Assembly (NCBI RefSeq): GCF_006345805.1
Contig: NC_042997.1
Span: forward strand, 3,844,001-3,908,000
Reading direction: 5' to 3'
Length of the DNA stretch: 64,000 nucleotides
Origin: Octopus sinensis
Lineage: Eukaryota
Shown here: piece by piece, positions 27,057-39,600 of the stretch
Position numbering within the stretch: the stretch's first letter is position 1
Layout: each line of letters opens with the position of its first letter
Notes under the pieces: generated by a model
Seen by the model: the letters and a program-made list of their open reading frames with translations, nothing else
Database searches by the model: none
What the model was told of the DNA's origin: nothing
Translations under genes and position numbers: made by a program

Positions 27057-28639
27057 TTTTAGAGTTGTTGTTGATATTAGTGCTACACTTTTTGTTTCGT
27101 TTCTTGACCAAAATAATACAATGTCATGGTAGCTATTACAATATTTATCGCTTCTCTCGATTTGGAAGGCGATATCGATAACTTTGTTTAAGATCATTAA
27201 ATTTGCAATCTTGAATTTCAAGATTTAACCTTAAAATCCGAATTTTCGGCACGCCGCCTTGCCTCTCTTGCAGCGAGCTGCAAAATCAACGAACGAAACA
27301 ACAAATTTCAAAGAAAATTTAAGAACCACAAACAAACGTCCTCTTGCTCCAGACACAAAGAATAATAACAGCAACGAACTATTGTTACTCTGTTGAGGAT
27401 GAAAATGTACTGCAACTGCACTATTCATAAATAATAGTAATAATTTTGATAATAGCATCAAATATGTTACTGATTATGATCTTGAACATGATGACGGTGA
27501 CGGCGAGGAAGACGACGACGATGATGATGATGGTGGAGGTGGGGTGGCGACGACGACGACGACGATGATGATGATGATGATGGCGGCAATGGTGATTATA
27601 GAGTCGTTGGTAATGTTGGAAGTAATGATTTCGTGTATGTGCTACATGCACTTTGGATGAAAGGATTATTACAAATATGAATCGCAATTTTGAGAGTATT
27701 GTAAAATCATAAACGACAATGAAGTAGCTAGGAATTAATTTAATAATATGCGTAGCTCTAAAATATGTATCGATATGTCACACTTGCCCGGATATACCTA
27801 CAGTTAGGCATGTATATTTGATCAAATTTTGTTCGTTGATATACACTGGGAATCTCAGTATAATTATATCTAATGATACTATTTTCTCCAATGATAGGTA
27901 GTTTCACACAAATATTATAGCGGTGACAACTGTACTCTCCGCACTCACATTTTTATATTTCAAACTAAGATGAGGGGCTTAATAAAATAATTATCCGCTA
28001 GCATTTATTTCACCCTCATCCACCATATAGAGACAAATGGTGAAATGAGATTAGTATAGAATTCTTGAAGAGCTGATACACGGGAACAGAAAGGATTACC
28101 AGGAGGGTTTTAAGTACTTCAAAGACAATTGAAAGCTTGTAGATATTTACGGCTACAGGTAATAACCCGCTATATACATAAACTCTGCGAAGTATAAAAA
28201 TAAAGCGGAGACAAAACCTATAATAGTGTTAGTGGTGGAAGTGGGAGTTCTTGGATTCCGAGGTGTTGCAACACTTGCAGCATCATTGGCTGAATTTCGT
28301 TTCTCATTTCTTCTTTTTTTTCTCGCGTTACTTTTCTTCTTTTTTCTTCCGTTCCTCAGCATTTCACGTGCTAGCAAGACTTAGGTTGTCCCTCTGTGCT
28401 TTTTAAGGCGCGGAGTAGGCGGAGACAATTAATTTTTACAGCTTTTTTGCTGTCATCCGACAGCAGAGGCAGAAGTCAAAAAGACAGGAAGAGCTTACAT
28501 TCTTCTCAAAGGACGTTTTAACAAATTTAAAAAATCGAAAAATGGAGGATTTAAATTGAAAATTCACCCCAAAAGGGGCAAGGTCCCGCCTAGCCACTCA
28601 GCTCAGAAAGAGCCCAGTCGCCCTGACCACAGGAGTGTC

Positions 28640-29290
28640 GTAAATAAATTTGATAGACGACAATATTATCTGTAAAAATTGCACAAAAACATACTATGAT
28701 AATAATAAAAAAAATGCACTGGGATACAGCAAATATTATTGTCAATGCCATGGTGTCTTTTATTTTCCACTAGGACGAAAGATTAGTGTGACAATACAAT
28801 GTCACACACAAAGTGGGGGTTTATATATAATGAAATGATATAAGTAAATAATTAACGAAAACGTGTAAGTATACACGTTATAAAATCAAAAAGAGGGGAT
28901 ATATATATAGTAAATAATGTTTTTAAAAAGCGGGATTTAAAAAATATAGGTGGACCGCTAGCGATAATCTATTTTCCAAGATGTCCCCGAATACCAAGGG
29001 TAAGTGCCTTCTCCAGTTGACTTTTTCCGACTCACGGGTTTACACTAAGTGAAATTCCATCAACTCCTGACATTTTCGCAACTTTCACCCACCTATCAAT
29101 AAACTCACTCGAGAATAGCATTCATCTAAAATTTATTTTCAAGCGACGCTTGAAGAAGTCAACGAGACATCTATCAAAGAGGAATGTATCTGTCCTCAAG
29201 ACTTTTAGCCTCATCCACTTATTAACCTCTTTCACTACAATCACCAGGCAAAGGAAAACTTCATGGTTTTCATTGACACTATGTTGCTGC
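28640..29290 (-). mobile_element. L1/Tx1-like LINE ORF2 C-terminus and 3' UTR (degraded)
   Basis: Minus strand 29050-29290: VFLCLVIVVKEVNKWMRLK...LVDFFKRRLK...FIDRWVKVA, resembling L1/Tx1 ORF2 ends. Confidence 0.5.
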
Positions 29291-29299
29291 CTCTTTGAT

Positions 29300-29640
29300 T
29301 CATGAATAAGAAAGGCTAAAAGATATATACGACCCTCTTAAGTACGAAATATCCCGGCTATGGAACATGAAGGTGAAAATAGTGCCAATTATATTTGGTT
29401 TCTTGTGAATATCAGAATACATCAAGAGAAATATAAAGGAAATTGGAAATAATGTCAAGTAGAACTGTTACAAAAGGTTTGTTTCCTTAGTACGGCCAGA
29501 ATAATCAGAAAATTATAGGATAGCTGAAAAGAACGAATAGCATGTTACATTAGGCTGCAAGTTGTAAGGTCGCTACGCGTGCAAGACTCCAGGAGGTCTA
29601 ACAAAAGCTGTGATAGAAAGATAATGATAATAATGATGAT
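29300..29640 (+). mobile_element. Dong/R4-like RLE 3' fragment
   Basis: YDPLKYEISRLWNMKVKIVPIIFG...ELLQKVCFLSTARIIRK, ending in ataatgataataatgatgat. Confidence 0.8.
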
Positions 29641-31789
29641 TTCTTTTATTGGCCAAAACGGGTGAAGATATGGAAAATAATATCGAAGGACGAGTTATAC
29701 CACAAAATAAAAGATACAAATTTAGGTGGGGTTCACATCGATGAAAGGGTGATACAACAGCATTAAAGAGGATATTTATAATAGAAATTAGAGAAAAAAA
29801 ATAATATATAGATAAATAACATCACCAATAGCAGAGCAATCAATTTAGTGTAATCTGGGTAAACTCGACGCAAAAATATCGGATGGCATAGGGAAGCGTC
29901 CCCTTCCTATTTCTTTCCGCCTGCTTAGAAATGCATACACAAAGTCGGTCTATTCGCTCTCATTACCACCACCATCACGACCACCGTTAGTATTGAACTT
30001 TGGAAATCGGAAGTGTATTACTATAAATGAACGTATTACTACTTATTCGACGTCAGTGATGTTTAGCTTGTAATGATGGTTTTCAATACTTTAAACGGCT
30101 GCAAACATTACATTCATACGTTTATGCAGCGAGAGCCTACATTTTTTGTACTTTAGTATCTTCGAAAAACTTTCGTTAAATTATTTGTGATTCAATGTTA
30201 TATGATTATTAAGATTCCTGATTGTGCATTGTGAATACAAGTTTGTCTCCAGTTTAAAATGGTCAGCATATTGTGGTTATTTTAGACATAACTTGAATTA
30301 TAGCTACTGGAAACAGTCTGTGCGGCAAACTGAATGAAATGTATTAATATAAAATGGAACCGCCGCTGGCCAAATTAACAAAATTGTGATGAAAATTACC
30401 ATTTGTTTTTTTTTATAACAATTCATAATCATTCTTCAACAATATTTCAAATTATTGTAATCAATTCATAATGAAAATTGGTTTTCAAGGCAATATTTAT
30501 TAAATACTAAATAATCGACGCAAATACTATTTCCACAGTATCAGAGACAGTAACTATGGAGTATTTCTGCTTTCTCTTCAAATTAATATCTTGCGGTACC
30601 AAAATATTTGTTAACAAATAAACGCATTTTCGCAAATAATACAAATTCAATATAGTCATCAACATATAATATACTGAAACGATCAATTGCGCTAATGAAT
30701 ATTTTGCTAAGCAGCTCGTTAATATGAAAATTATAAAGTTACAGAATTTCCAACAACACACAGATATTATAAATTCACTACCGCACCAACTTTTCTTTTG
30801 AATGAATATTGCCACGCTATTTTTTTCCATGGGTAGAAGCTTGTCAACAAGAAATTGAAAAACATTTGTCAAGATAATGCAGTGTTAAACGCGGATTCTT
30901 TTCAGATGAAATATCAATATTCTTCCGGTAATCATAGTGAACTTAGAGTGATATTTCTTGATACTTTCTGAGAATCCTTTGTGACCAATATTGCATTCTC
31001 TTACGAAACAAAGATTAGTATGTTCTTTCTCTTCTTTGGAAATAATTGCAGTGATATATTTCTTATGTCAGTAGTTAGCGCATCGTATACAACACCGATA
31101 TTCTTTTCCCCAAAGATTATAATAAGGGTCGAGAAATCTGTTCTATATCAACTGCTATTCTTTCCCAGTTAAGCTATTCCGTATTATCGTTGGTTGTTAT
31201 ATAATCTTCCATTAACGTGTCTGGTATTCTCAAGAGAGAATTCTGATAACATACTTAACGCATTAAAAAAATGCTTTTCTTCAAGTGAACCATTGTTGCT
31301 ATAGATATTATGTGAACTAGGATGAAATCAACTTCAGCAATACTGGTATGAGGTATGGCGAAATTTCCAGAGCTTTGCTTTAATTTCCATGAGTTATATT
31401 CGTAGCCACAATGAAGTGCTGTCCATGAAGCACTTCACGTCTGTCCAATTCTGTCCTTCTTTTACTTGAATGCGAATACTAAATCTGTAAGCATTATATT
31501 AGTATAAAATTACTCACGTATTGAGAGTGAGATGTTTTCCTCGAGAGTGCTGGATATGGTTCAGCTTTCCTCAAGGTACAGTTCGACACCTACTTCTGGA
31601 AGTTCAGTATGTGGTCTATAGTAACAACATACGGATGAAGACATAGTAATTTCAGAGAAATATAAGATGGGCATTCATTAGGTGATATGATTTCTCTTTG
31701 TCCTTCCGCACTAATTACATAGTAACAATTTATCACTCAAATAACTAAAGCATTTATCGACCCATGTATGATTCAATGTTTCTATAGGG

Positions 31790-32300
31790 AAAGGACACCT
31801 ATGATAAGCATAGCAAATCATCTCCGGAATCAAACCACAGTGGATCGATAACTGCTATACAAAGGCCCCTTCCCGACAAGAAACTGCAGGTTATGAAACC
31901 CGTGCATCAGGAAACCAAGGCCGGCTGCTATTGAGAAAAAATATAGAATTTGAAACAAGTTATGTCGCTCTCTTTATAAAATGACAGGATCTAATTTAAT
32001 AAAATTATTTGGAGTTGATGGACATAGTGTGAGACGACTGTTGCTATCGTTAGGCCTAACTCATCGGAAAGTAAATACCACTATGATCGATATCCAAACT
32101 ACAGTGGAGAAGGCTAGCCACTGGATTTGGTTAAAAAGAGACGATCAGCAATAGCTATAGGAATATTGGGCTATATTTAATAACCAGTTCATCTAGCAAG
32201 CGGGGTTCCATATCAGTGCGCATTATGCCGTCGAGAGGTAGGCCCCAAAAAGGAGCACATGCCCTCTGGATGACGCCATACACTTGCTGACTTCAGGTAC
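31790..32300 (+). mobile_element. Hero-like (RLE) non-LTR 3' fragment
   Basis: LLSLGLTHRKVNTTMIDIQTTVEKASHWIWLKRDD matches the AEKASxWxWLKR C-terminal signature of Hero-clade elements. Confidence 0.7.
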
Positions 32301-33173
32301 GCTGAGTTCTCGACTGGTAGCACTCGCGCGTGCAAGTTGATTGCAGAATATCTTCGAAATTTGATGACGACTGGAACAAAAATACAATGTTTTCGGTGTG
32401 AAAATGTATTGGTTATATAGTGTAGGATGTGGAAGAGGCTGACGTTGAATAGCCAAAGTCATAACGGCCGTGTAACAATATTGCATACACTATTTCAAAA
32501 CAGCGTACTTCTCGATTATATCCAGAAAGGTACTTTCTGGATATAATCGATTATATTATTAGTTGACAGTTACTGTGCGAGTGTCAATGGCAACAATGAA
32601 GGAATATCCTATACCAATCTGTCTTTCGCTCTGTGTGCATGTTTGTATGTACGTGTGTGTGTGAGAGAGAGAGAGAGAGTGTGTGTGAGAGAGTATTTGT
32701 GTACGTATGTGTGTGTATGTGTGTGTCAGCTTATACATATATACGAGTTTACATTCAAAGGTACCATTATTTTATCTACAACCCATGAGGAGCCAAATAG
32801 ACTCTGATGAAATTACTTCATGTGATTTACTAGAACATTTGAACATGTGTTTGTATGCCTGCATAATTGTGTGTCTGTGTGTTTGCATGTTTTTCCACGC
32901 GATTATGTTGGGTGTTTGAATTTGATAGGTGTTTTATGAATATAGGAACACATTCCTAATCATAGTTGCAATACATATATTTCAATCTAGCTCTGAAACG
33001 AGACAGTAAATTTGATTTCACGAATGTGTCTGACCTTTACAGAAGATTATTAATAATAGTTTTAATAATCTTCCAGTACATTATAAAATATACAGCTATG
33101 GAAATTAGGTTCCATAAAAGCAGTTTTTCTCCTTGAGAAGAATATAAAAATTGCAACTTGATTTTACAGTTTT

Positions 33174-33223
<50 letters not shown>

Positions 33224-33294
33224 ATATTATATATATATATATACACAGATATCTGTCTGCCTGCTTCTCTCTCAAACACTATATATATATATAT

Positions 33295-33333
<39 letters not shown>

Positions 33334-33489
33334 TACATTTATTCAAAAATATATTATTCTTACATACGTTAAACTCATTTAAAGTTGTGTAAATTTGAAA
33401 TGCCATCCCCACAGGGAACTCCAATTCCTGAAGATTAGAACTTCTACGTTATGTAGAAAAAACATGTTCCTTTATACATCAGTATAATG

Positions 33490-33685
33490 AAGAATCGTTA
33501 ACTCGCCGGGAAAATTCTCGGCGGTGTGTTATCCGTCTTTAAGTTTTGAGTTCAAATACCGTCGACTTAATCTTTCATCCTTTCAGGGGCGAAAAAATAT
33601 GTAACAATTGAACACAGGTCACAGTATTTGCCTTATTCCCATCCCCGAACATACTGAACTTGTGCCGTAAATCGAAACCAATATG
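33490..33685 (+). mobile_element. SINE family A (degraded)
   Basis: gaatcgttaactcgccggg...gagttcaaataccgtcgac...tttcatcctttcaggggcga. Confidence 0.7.
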
Positions 33686-34271
33686 ATTTTTAAAAGAGTT
33701 TTCTTTTCGTCTGCTGGTAATGCTGATAAATTTTAAAACATAGAATAAATGTGCGAAAAAAACTGATTTTCTATGCATAGTCAAATGCATGCAGATCACT
33801 GGCCATTTTTTCTATTAATTCCCATGTTTTTTGCTTTCACGTATTTCCATGCCGATTCCATATTTGAAGTGTTACGGTCATTTCCATTATTGCCTATAAC
33901 GTGTTAAGTACTGTAACATTCGGAATTCGTATACCTCACAGAGTACAACATTACCTATTTTCTAAAAAAAATATATCTTGGTGTCATTTAGAAAACTACA
34001 ATATATATCTAACTGACAAGTACTGAATTAATCATGGTAATGTACACACCACACACACACACACACACACACAATATATATAATATATATATATATATAT
34101 TATATAATATTATATATATATGTAATATATATATATATATATATATATCAACAATCAAGGAACGGCCATAATAGGCCATTCACCACTAGAAATAACAGCC
34201 AAAGCTTCAACCGCAAATAAAGATCAATTCCGTAAAAACAGGAGAAAATTTAAAAAAACATTTACCCTGTA

Positions 34272-34377
34272 ATTCTTGTACGATGCACCGTTTCGTCTGC
34301 TGTTTAATGGTAAACTAACCTGATTAAATTAAATCAAGCCAATCTTCCATAGGCCCTCAGATTCTTCAGCAAGAAAT
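34272..34377 (-). ncRNA. Type I hammerhead ribozyme, copy 1
   Basis: Reverse complement of the 35256-35361 motif. Confidence 0.8.
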
Positions 34378-34770
34378 AGCCAGTCGGAACAGATATTTTT
34401 CACGAGGCATTTCCGACCCTGCCAAGGCAATATCTGACCTAAAATTTTCAAATCGTCGCACTCGCGCCAAATTTATCGGCAGCAAATAAATATAAGCCGT
34501 CGATTCCATTACGGAATTAACCAGAAAATTCATAATTAATCAATATAGGGTGGTGAAAAAAATTTTGTAGAATTCTTTTGCCACCAGCGGCCTAGTGGGA
34601 AAAATTAAATAGTCATAGACCATTTTTAAGTTCAACATCAACATCAACAATCAAGGAACGGCCATAATAGGCCATTCACCCACTAGATAATATAAACAGC
34701 CAAAGCTTCAACCGCAAATAAAGATCAATTCCGTAAACAGGAGAAAATTTTAAAAAACATTTACCCTGTA

Positions 34771-34877
34771 ATTTCTTGTACGATGCACCGTTTCGTCTGC
34801 TGTTTAATGGTAAACTAACCTGATTAAATTAAATCAAGCCAATCTTCCATAGGCCCTCAGATTCTTCAGCAAGAAAT
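34771..34877 (-). ncRNA. Type I hammerhead ribozyme, copy 2
   Basis: Reverse complement of the 35256-35361 motif. Confidence 0.8.
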
Positions 34878-35255
34878 AGCCAAGTCGGAACAGATATATT
34901 CCTGTTTACGGAATTGATCTTTATTTGCGGTTGAAGCTTTGGCTGTTATTTCTAGTGGGTGAATGGCCTATTATGGCCGTTCCTTGATTGTTGATGTTGA
35001 ACTTAAAAATGGTCTATGACTATTTAATTTTTTCCCACTAGGCCGCTGGTGGCAAAAAGAATTCTACAAATTTTTTTCACCACCCTATATTGATTAATTA
35101 TGAATTTTCTGGTTAATTCCGTAATGGAATCGACGGCTTATATTATTTGCTGCCGATAAATTTGGGCGCGAGTGCGACGATTTGAAAATTTTAGGTCCAG
35201 ATATTACCTTGGCAGGGTCGGAAATGCCTCGTGAAAATATCTGTTCCGACTGGCT

Positions 35256-35361
35256 ATTTCTTGCTGAAGAATCTGAGGGCCTATGGAAGATTGGCTTGAT
35301 TTAATTTAATCAGGTTAGTTTACCATTAACAGCAGACGAAACGGTGCATCGTACAAGAAAT
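35256..35361 (+). ncRNA. Type I hammerhead ribozyme, copy 3 (extended stem II)
   Basis: Stem I ATTTCTTG/CAAGAAAT (8 bp); core CTGAAGA 35264-35270; stem II TCTG/CAGA enclosing a long hairpin; GAAA 35338-35341; near-palindromic stem III ACGGTGCATCGT; cleavage triplet GTA 35351-35353. Confidence 0.85.
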
Positions 35362-35577
35362 TACAGGTAAAGTTTTTTAAATTTTCTCCTGTTTACGGAA
35401 TTGATCTTTATTTGCGGTTGAAGCTTTGGCTGTTATTCTAGTGGGTGAATGGCCTATTATGGCCGTTCCTTGATTGTTGATGTTGAACTAAAAATGGTCT
35501 ATGACTATTTAATTTTTTCCCACTAGGCCGCTGGTGGCAAAAAGAATTCTACAAAATTTTTCACCACCCTATATTGA

Positions 35578-35614
<37 letters not shown>

Positions 35615-35649
35615 TATATATATGTATGCATATATATATATATATATAC

Positions 35650-35729
<80 letters not shown>

Positions 35730-36663
35730 GATCAAGAGTACTAACAAATAACTTCTGCCAGAATATCACAAACTGTTTGTAATGTGTGAGAAAGTTTTTA
35801 TCTTACTTTATAAACATTATAAACAAAGATTAAAAACAGCCTGCAATATTCGAGAAAGCTTAGAACATTACTAAAATGCTACAAGACATACATATGCATA
35901 CGTTTTTGCATACAAAACAAAAAAAAACGATGTTTACATATAAAACAGACTTTCAAAATGTATCATCACTTTATATATTTTCACTATCATTGAGAATGGT
36001 AGCCTTTGTCTCATACAATATGCTTTGTGTAGAAACAAGTGAATTAGTCACAAACTTGTTAAAAGATGACAGAGCAGCTTACATAGCATTACCGCTTACC
36101 TATATTAAGTATAAAGATAACAAATCTAATTTCTGAGACCACATAAAACTAACAATGAAGATGTGAAGTCGGTGAATTATGTATCATTATCTTTAACAGT
36201 GAACAAATCACATATCCTAGTATTTACATTTCTGCACTACTCCGACCAGTTACTTTTGCTTTTTCTTTATCTTTGTCTCTTGAATTGATTGGGAAATTAA
36301 TATAGTTCAATACCATCCTCGTGAACTTAATCCGTGTTTAGTTGCCGAATTTGTGTAAGCTTTAATATCAATTAGTGAGGCTACCGTGGATATTACTTTG
36401 TGGGCAATAAAATCATTGGTAGTTTATTGTAGATTATGGGAATTAAACGTAGTTGTCAGGAATTACCTGTAGACATGGAGACACATATTTGTCTCTCAAA
36501 GAATTAGTAGTACATAATGAGGCTTTCCATTCTTTGGTTGAACTTAGTATTTGTCTGTTGCCTTCATTTCGCATTAAAATATTAGTAATGAAATTTGTGG
36601 ATATGTTACGAGCATCCGCATGCCAAATTAAAGACGAACATGTATTTACGCCCACATACACTG

Positions 36664-39600
36664 CAGTGGCGTGCGGTGACTTCCGGCGTTGGGCATGCAA
36701 TTAATTTCATTGCCCCCCCCCCCGGGCAATTTTTCAGTAAAACATTTTCGTATTCCTACGATTTACATATAAGAGATTCTGAATATGCAGAATAAACAGG
36801 GAATAAAAAATGGCTGTGCAGAGAGGATCCTGAAATAAGTGTATTGTTTGTATTATTCTTTGCTCTTCGAAACGTCAGTACTTTCCCATCCTCATTCTCC
36901 CTTAGAAAAGTCTAAAAATCATAAGTGAAATGTAATAAAGATGAAATTGGATTCTGTCAATATTATTGCATATTCAGAATCTCTGTTAAAGGTAGGAATC
37001 CGAAAAAAAATTTTCACATAAATTCGTTTTTCAAAGGGGTGCGATTCTGCATTAGCCCCTATACCTATCGGTTGAGCTGAATGAAATGATTTAATTAAAA
37101 GAACACATTTAGTTACATTATATGGCCATGGTTTTAGATCGTTACGCTCTCGAAGACAAGTCAGGTTCTTTATCATGCTACTTGTCAATTCCGGGAAAAT
37201 TATTGACTGTTCTGAGACTTACTGAACTCCGTACATTAAAGGACTACGTCTCACGCACAAACATTGAAAATACACGCATATACATGAATACGCACACAAT
37301 GAAAGACAGCGAAAATTCAACATTGTAAAAAGCCTCCCCAAACTGTTGTGGCAGAAGTCAACATCTCTGAGATTGAAACAAGACACTTATTGAAAGTGAA
37401 ACAAAACACTTATTTACGGCCGTAAATAGACTACACCCAGCAGCACAGAAAGGGAAATCTATGTAGGTAGGTTTCACGAAGAAATCAAAACATTTCTCCT
37501 GCGAAACAATACTGATGTAAGAAGGTCGAACCTTACGTTATAACAAACACTAAGCAAAACCTGTAATATATGCTCTTTAATATATATATTTTTTAATGTT
37601 TTAAAATGTTACTTAGCTCATTTATAAATTAATTCAATTCTTCGATCTTTCTGGGCAAATATATCATTCACATTTTCATAGAAATCTTCTCTTTTCATCA
37701 ATTCTTGTAATAAATCTTTTTCAATTGACATTAGTGCTAACCCAGACAGTCTTCTTTCTCCTGTCGCATTTCTTTGGTATGTTTTAATTCTACTTAATGC
37801 AGAAAAGGATCGCTCTACAGAAGCAGTGGTAGACGGAATTGTCAAAATCAACTTGCACAGATTGAATAGTTCTGGCATAGCTTCAACAAGATCAGTGCTG
37901 TTAATGTAACTCATTAAATGACTTACACTTGGTTTTTTAAAATCTTTCATTGAATACATCACATTGAGCTCACTTTGTAATCGTATTACATCAAAAAATC
38001 TGCCATAAGTTGTTCTTAAAGAATCTAAAGAGTCCACAGGAAACTTTGTTGAAATTCAAAAGTTCCATGAATTTAAACTCTTCTAAGGATGAATATCGTG
38101 CTTTTATTTGGTCAACTATTGTACTTATAATTTTGTTATAAAGCGTTCTATAATGTCGTTGGGGATCAATAGATATATTCTAGGATCTCTGAATTCCGAT
38201 TCCTGCATCGACTCCATATTTTTCCCCTAACCTATCATAAAAGACTGAAAAATTATCAAGTTTGTTTTCGAGTACAGTTCTAGTTTTATCTATTTGCTGT
38301 TTACAATACACTATGTCATGACTTTTACTCTGGAGTATGTTAAATAAGACGTCAGTAAAAGAAAAAATGTCACTGAATACCTCTAACAAAAATAAGAAAT
38401 CAGGAGCTTTTAAAGTGTGTAAGAATCCAATTGCTGAATTTATGGTGGTCTCATCCCATGCTTCAGGATTTTCAATGATGTGTTCAAAAAGGCTGATTAT
38501 GAAATTATAATTTTCCTTTGTGGTAATAATAAGACGTGAGGAGTAATTCCATCTAGTTGCTGTTGCTTTCGGAAATCTTTTTTTAACAATATTATCTAAT
38601 GCATTAGTCATTTTCGGTGATTTCGTAAAAAATGTACCGAGTCCATTTATTGTAGAAAAAAATATCTTGCATTCTTTCATAGCAGAGCATGATTGTGAAA
38701 GAACTAAATTTAGGATATGGGCACAACAATGAATAAAGATCGCACATTCATATTTCTTTCTTACTTTTGCCTGTAACCCATTTAGTTGTCCTGCCATTGT
38801 AGCGGCACCATCATAATCTGCGCAATCAATTTGTTTCCACATTCCCACGTCTCAATGCATTTAAAAACATGTTCAGATAAAGCATTTGCAGATCGATCTG
38901 CACTAACATCACTAAAACCGATAAATCGTTCTTTCGTCACACAGTCTTCTGTAACATAACGTAAAACTGTTGACAGTTGTGAAGATGCTGAGACATCAGA
39001 TGTCTCATCAACAAGAATAGAAACAAACTTAGCTTGGTCAATTTCCTTCTGCATCTCATTCAACAAAACTTTATGAATTGCTTCGATCAAGTCATTTTGA
39101 ATTCTGTTCGACAGACCAGTGAAGATAGAAGCTGTATCTAAATGACTTTCCATTTGTTTGTCATACTTACTGATCAAATAAACGAGTTCTTTATAATTTC
39201 CCCGATTATTAGAGCCTTCAGATTTAAAATGACCCCGAAACGATAATTCCTGGAGGCCTAAAAAAATAACAACATCGATCAATCGTTGCAGAATGGATCT
39301 GTTTCGTCGAACTTTCTCATTATGCTGTTGTATGCTTTGACTTTTACGTGCATCTAATTGTAAGTCTATGCGAACATTCCCGAATATTTTAAGGTCTATC
39401 AAACATTTTATATGCCTTTGAGAACGCTCGTGCTTTAGCATAGCCATATGTAAATTATTTAAATCATCATAGCCTTTATCATTCCAAACATTTTTTTCTA
39501 AGCCAAAAAGTAAACACGGCCAACAGAATAATTTATTAAGAGCAACACTTCCAGTTAACCATTTCTTCTTTTCATACGAATTAACCTGAAATTGTCTCGT

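Larger units (their letters stand above)
34148..35585. mobile_element. Tandem + inverted array of a ~490-bp non-coding hammerhead-containing monomer (retrozyme-like / non-autonomous PLE) inserted in (TA)n
   Basis: Minus-sense arm 34148-34897 (unit restarts at 34644); plus-sense arm 34900-35585 (period 487, 34900 vs 35387); near-identical copies; no ORF; (TA)n on both sides. Confidence 0.9.

Noticed and set aside
28153-28377. Basic K/R-rich ORF
   Set aside because: Low-complexity purine tract with no identifiable domain; at most a LINE ORF1 remnant
34148-35585. CRISPR array or simple satellite interpretation
   Set aside because: No short repeat with unique spacers; ~490-bp units with a ribozyme fold in a eukaryotic context
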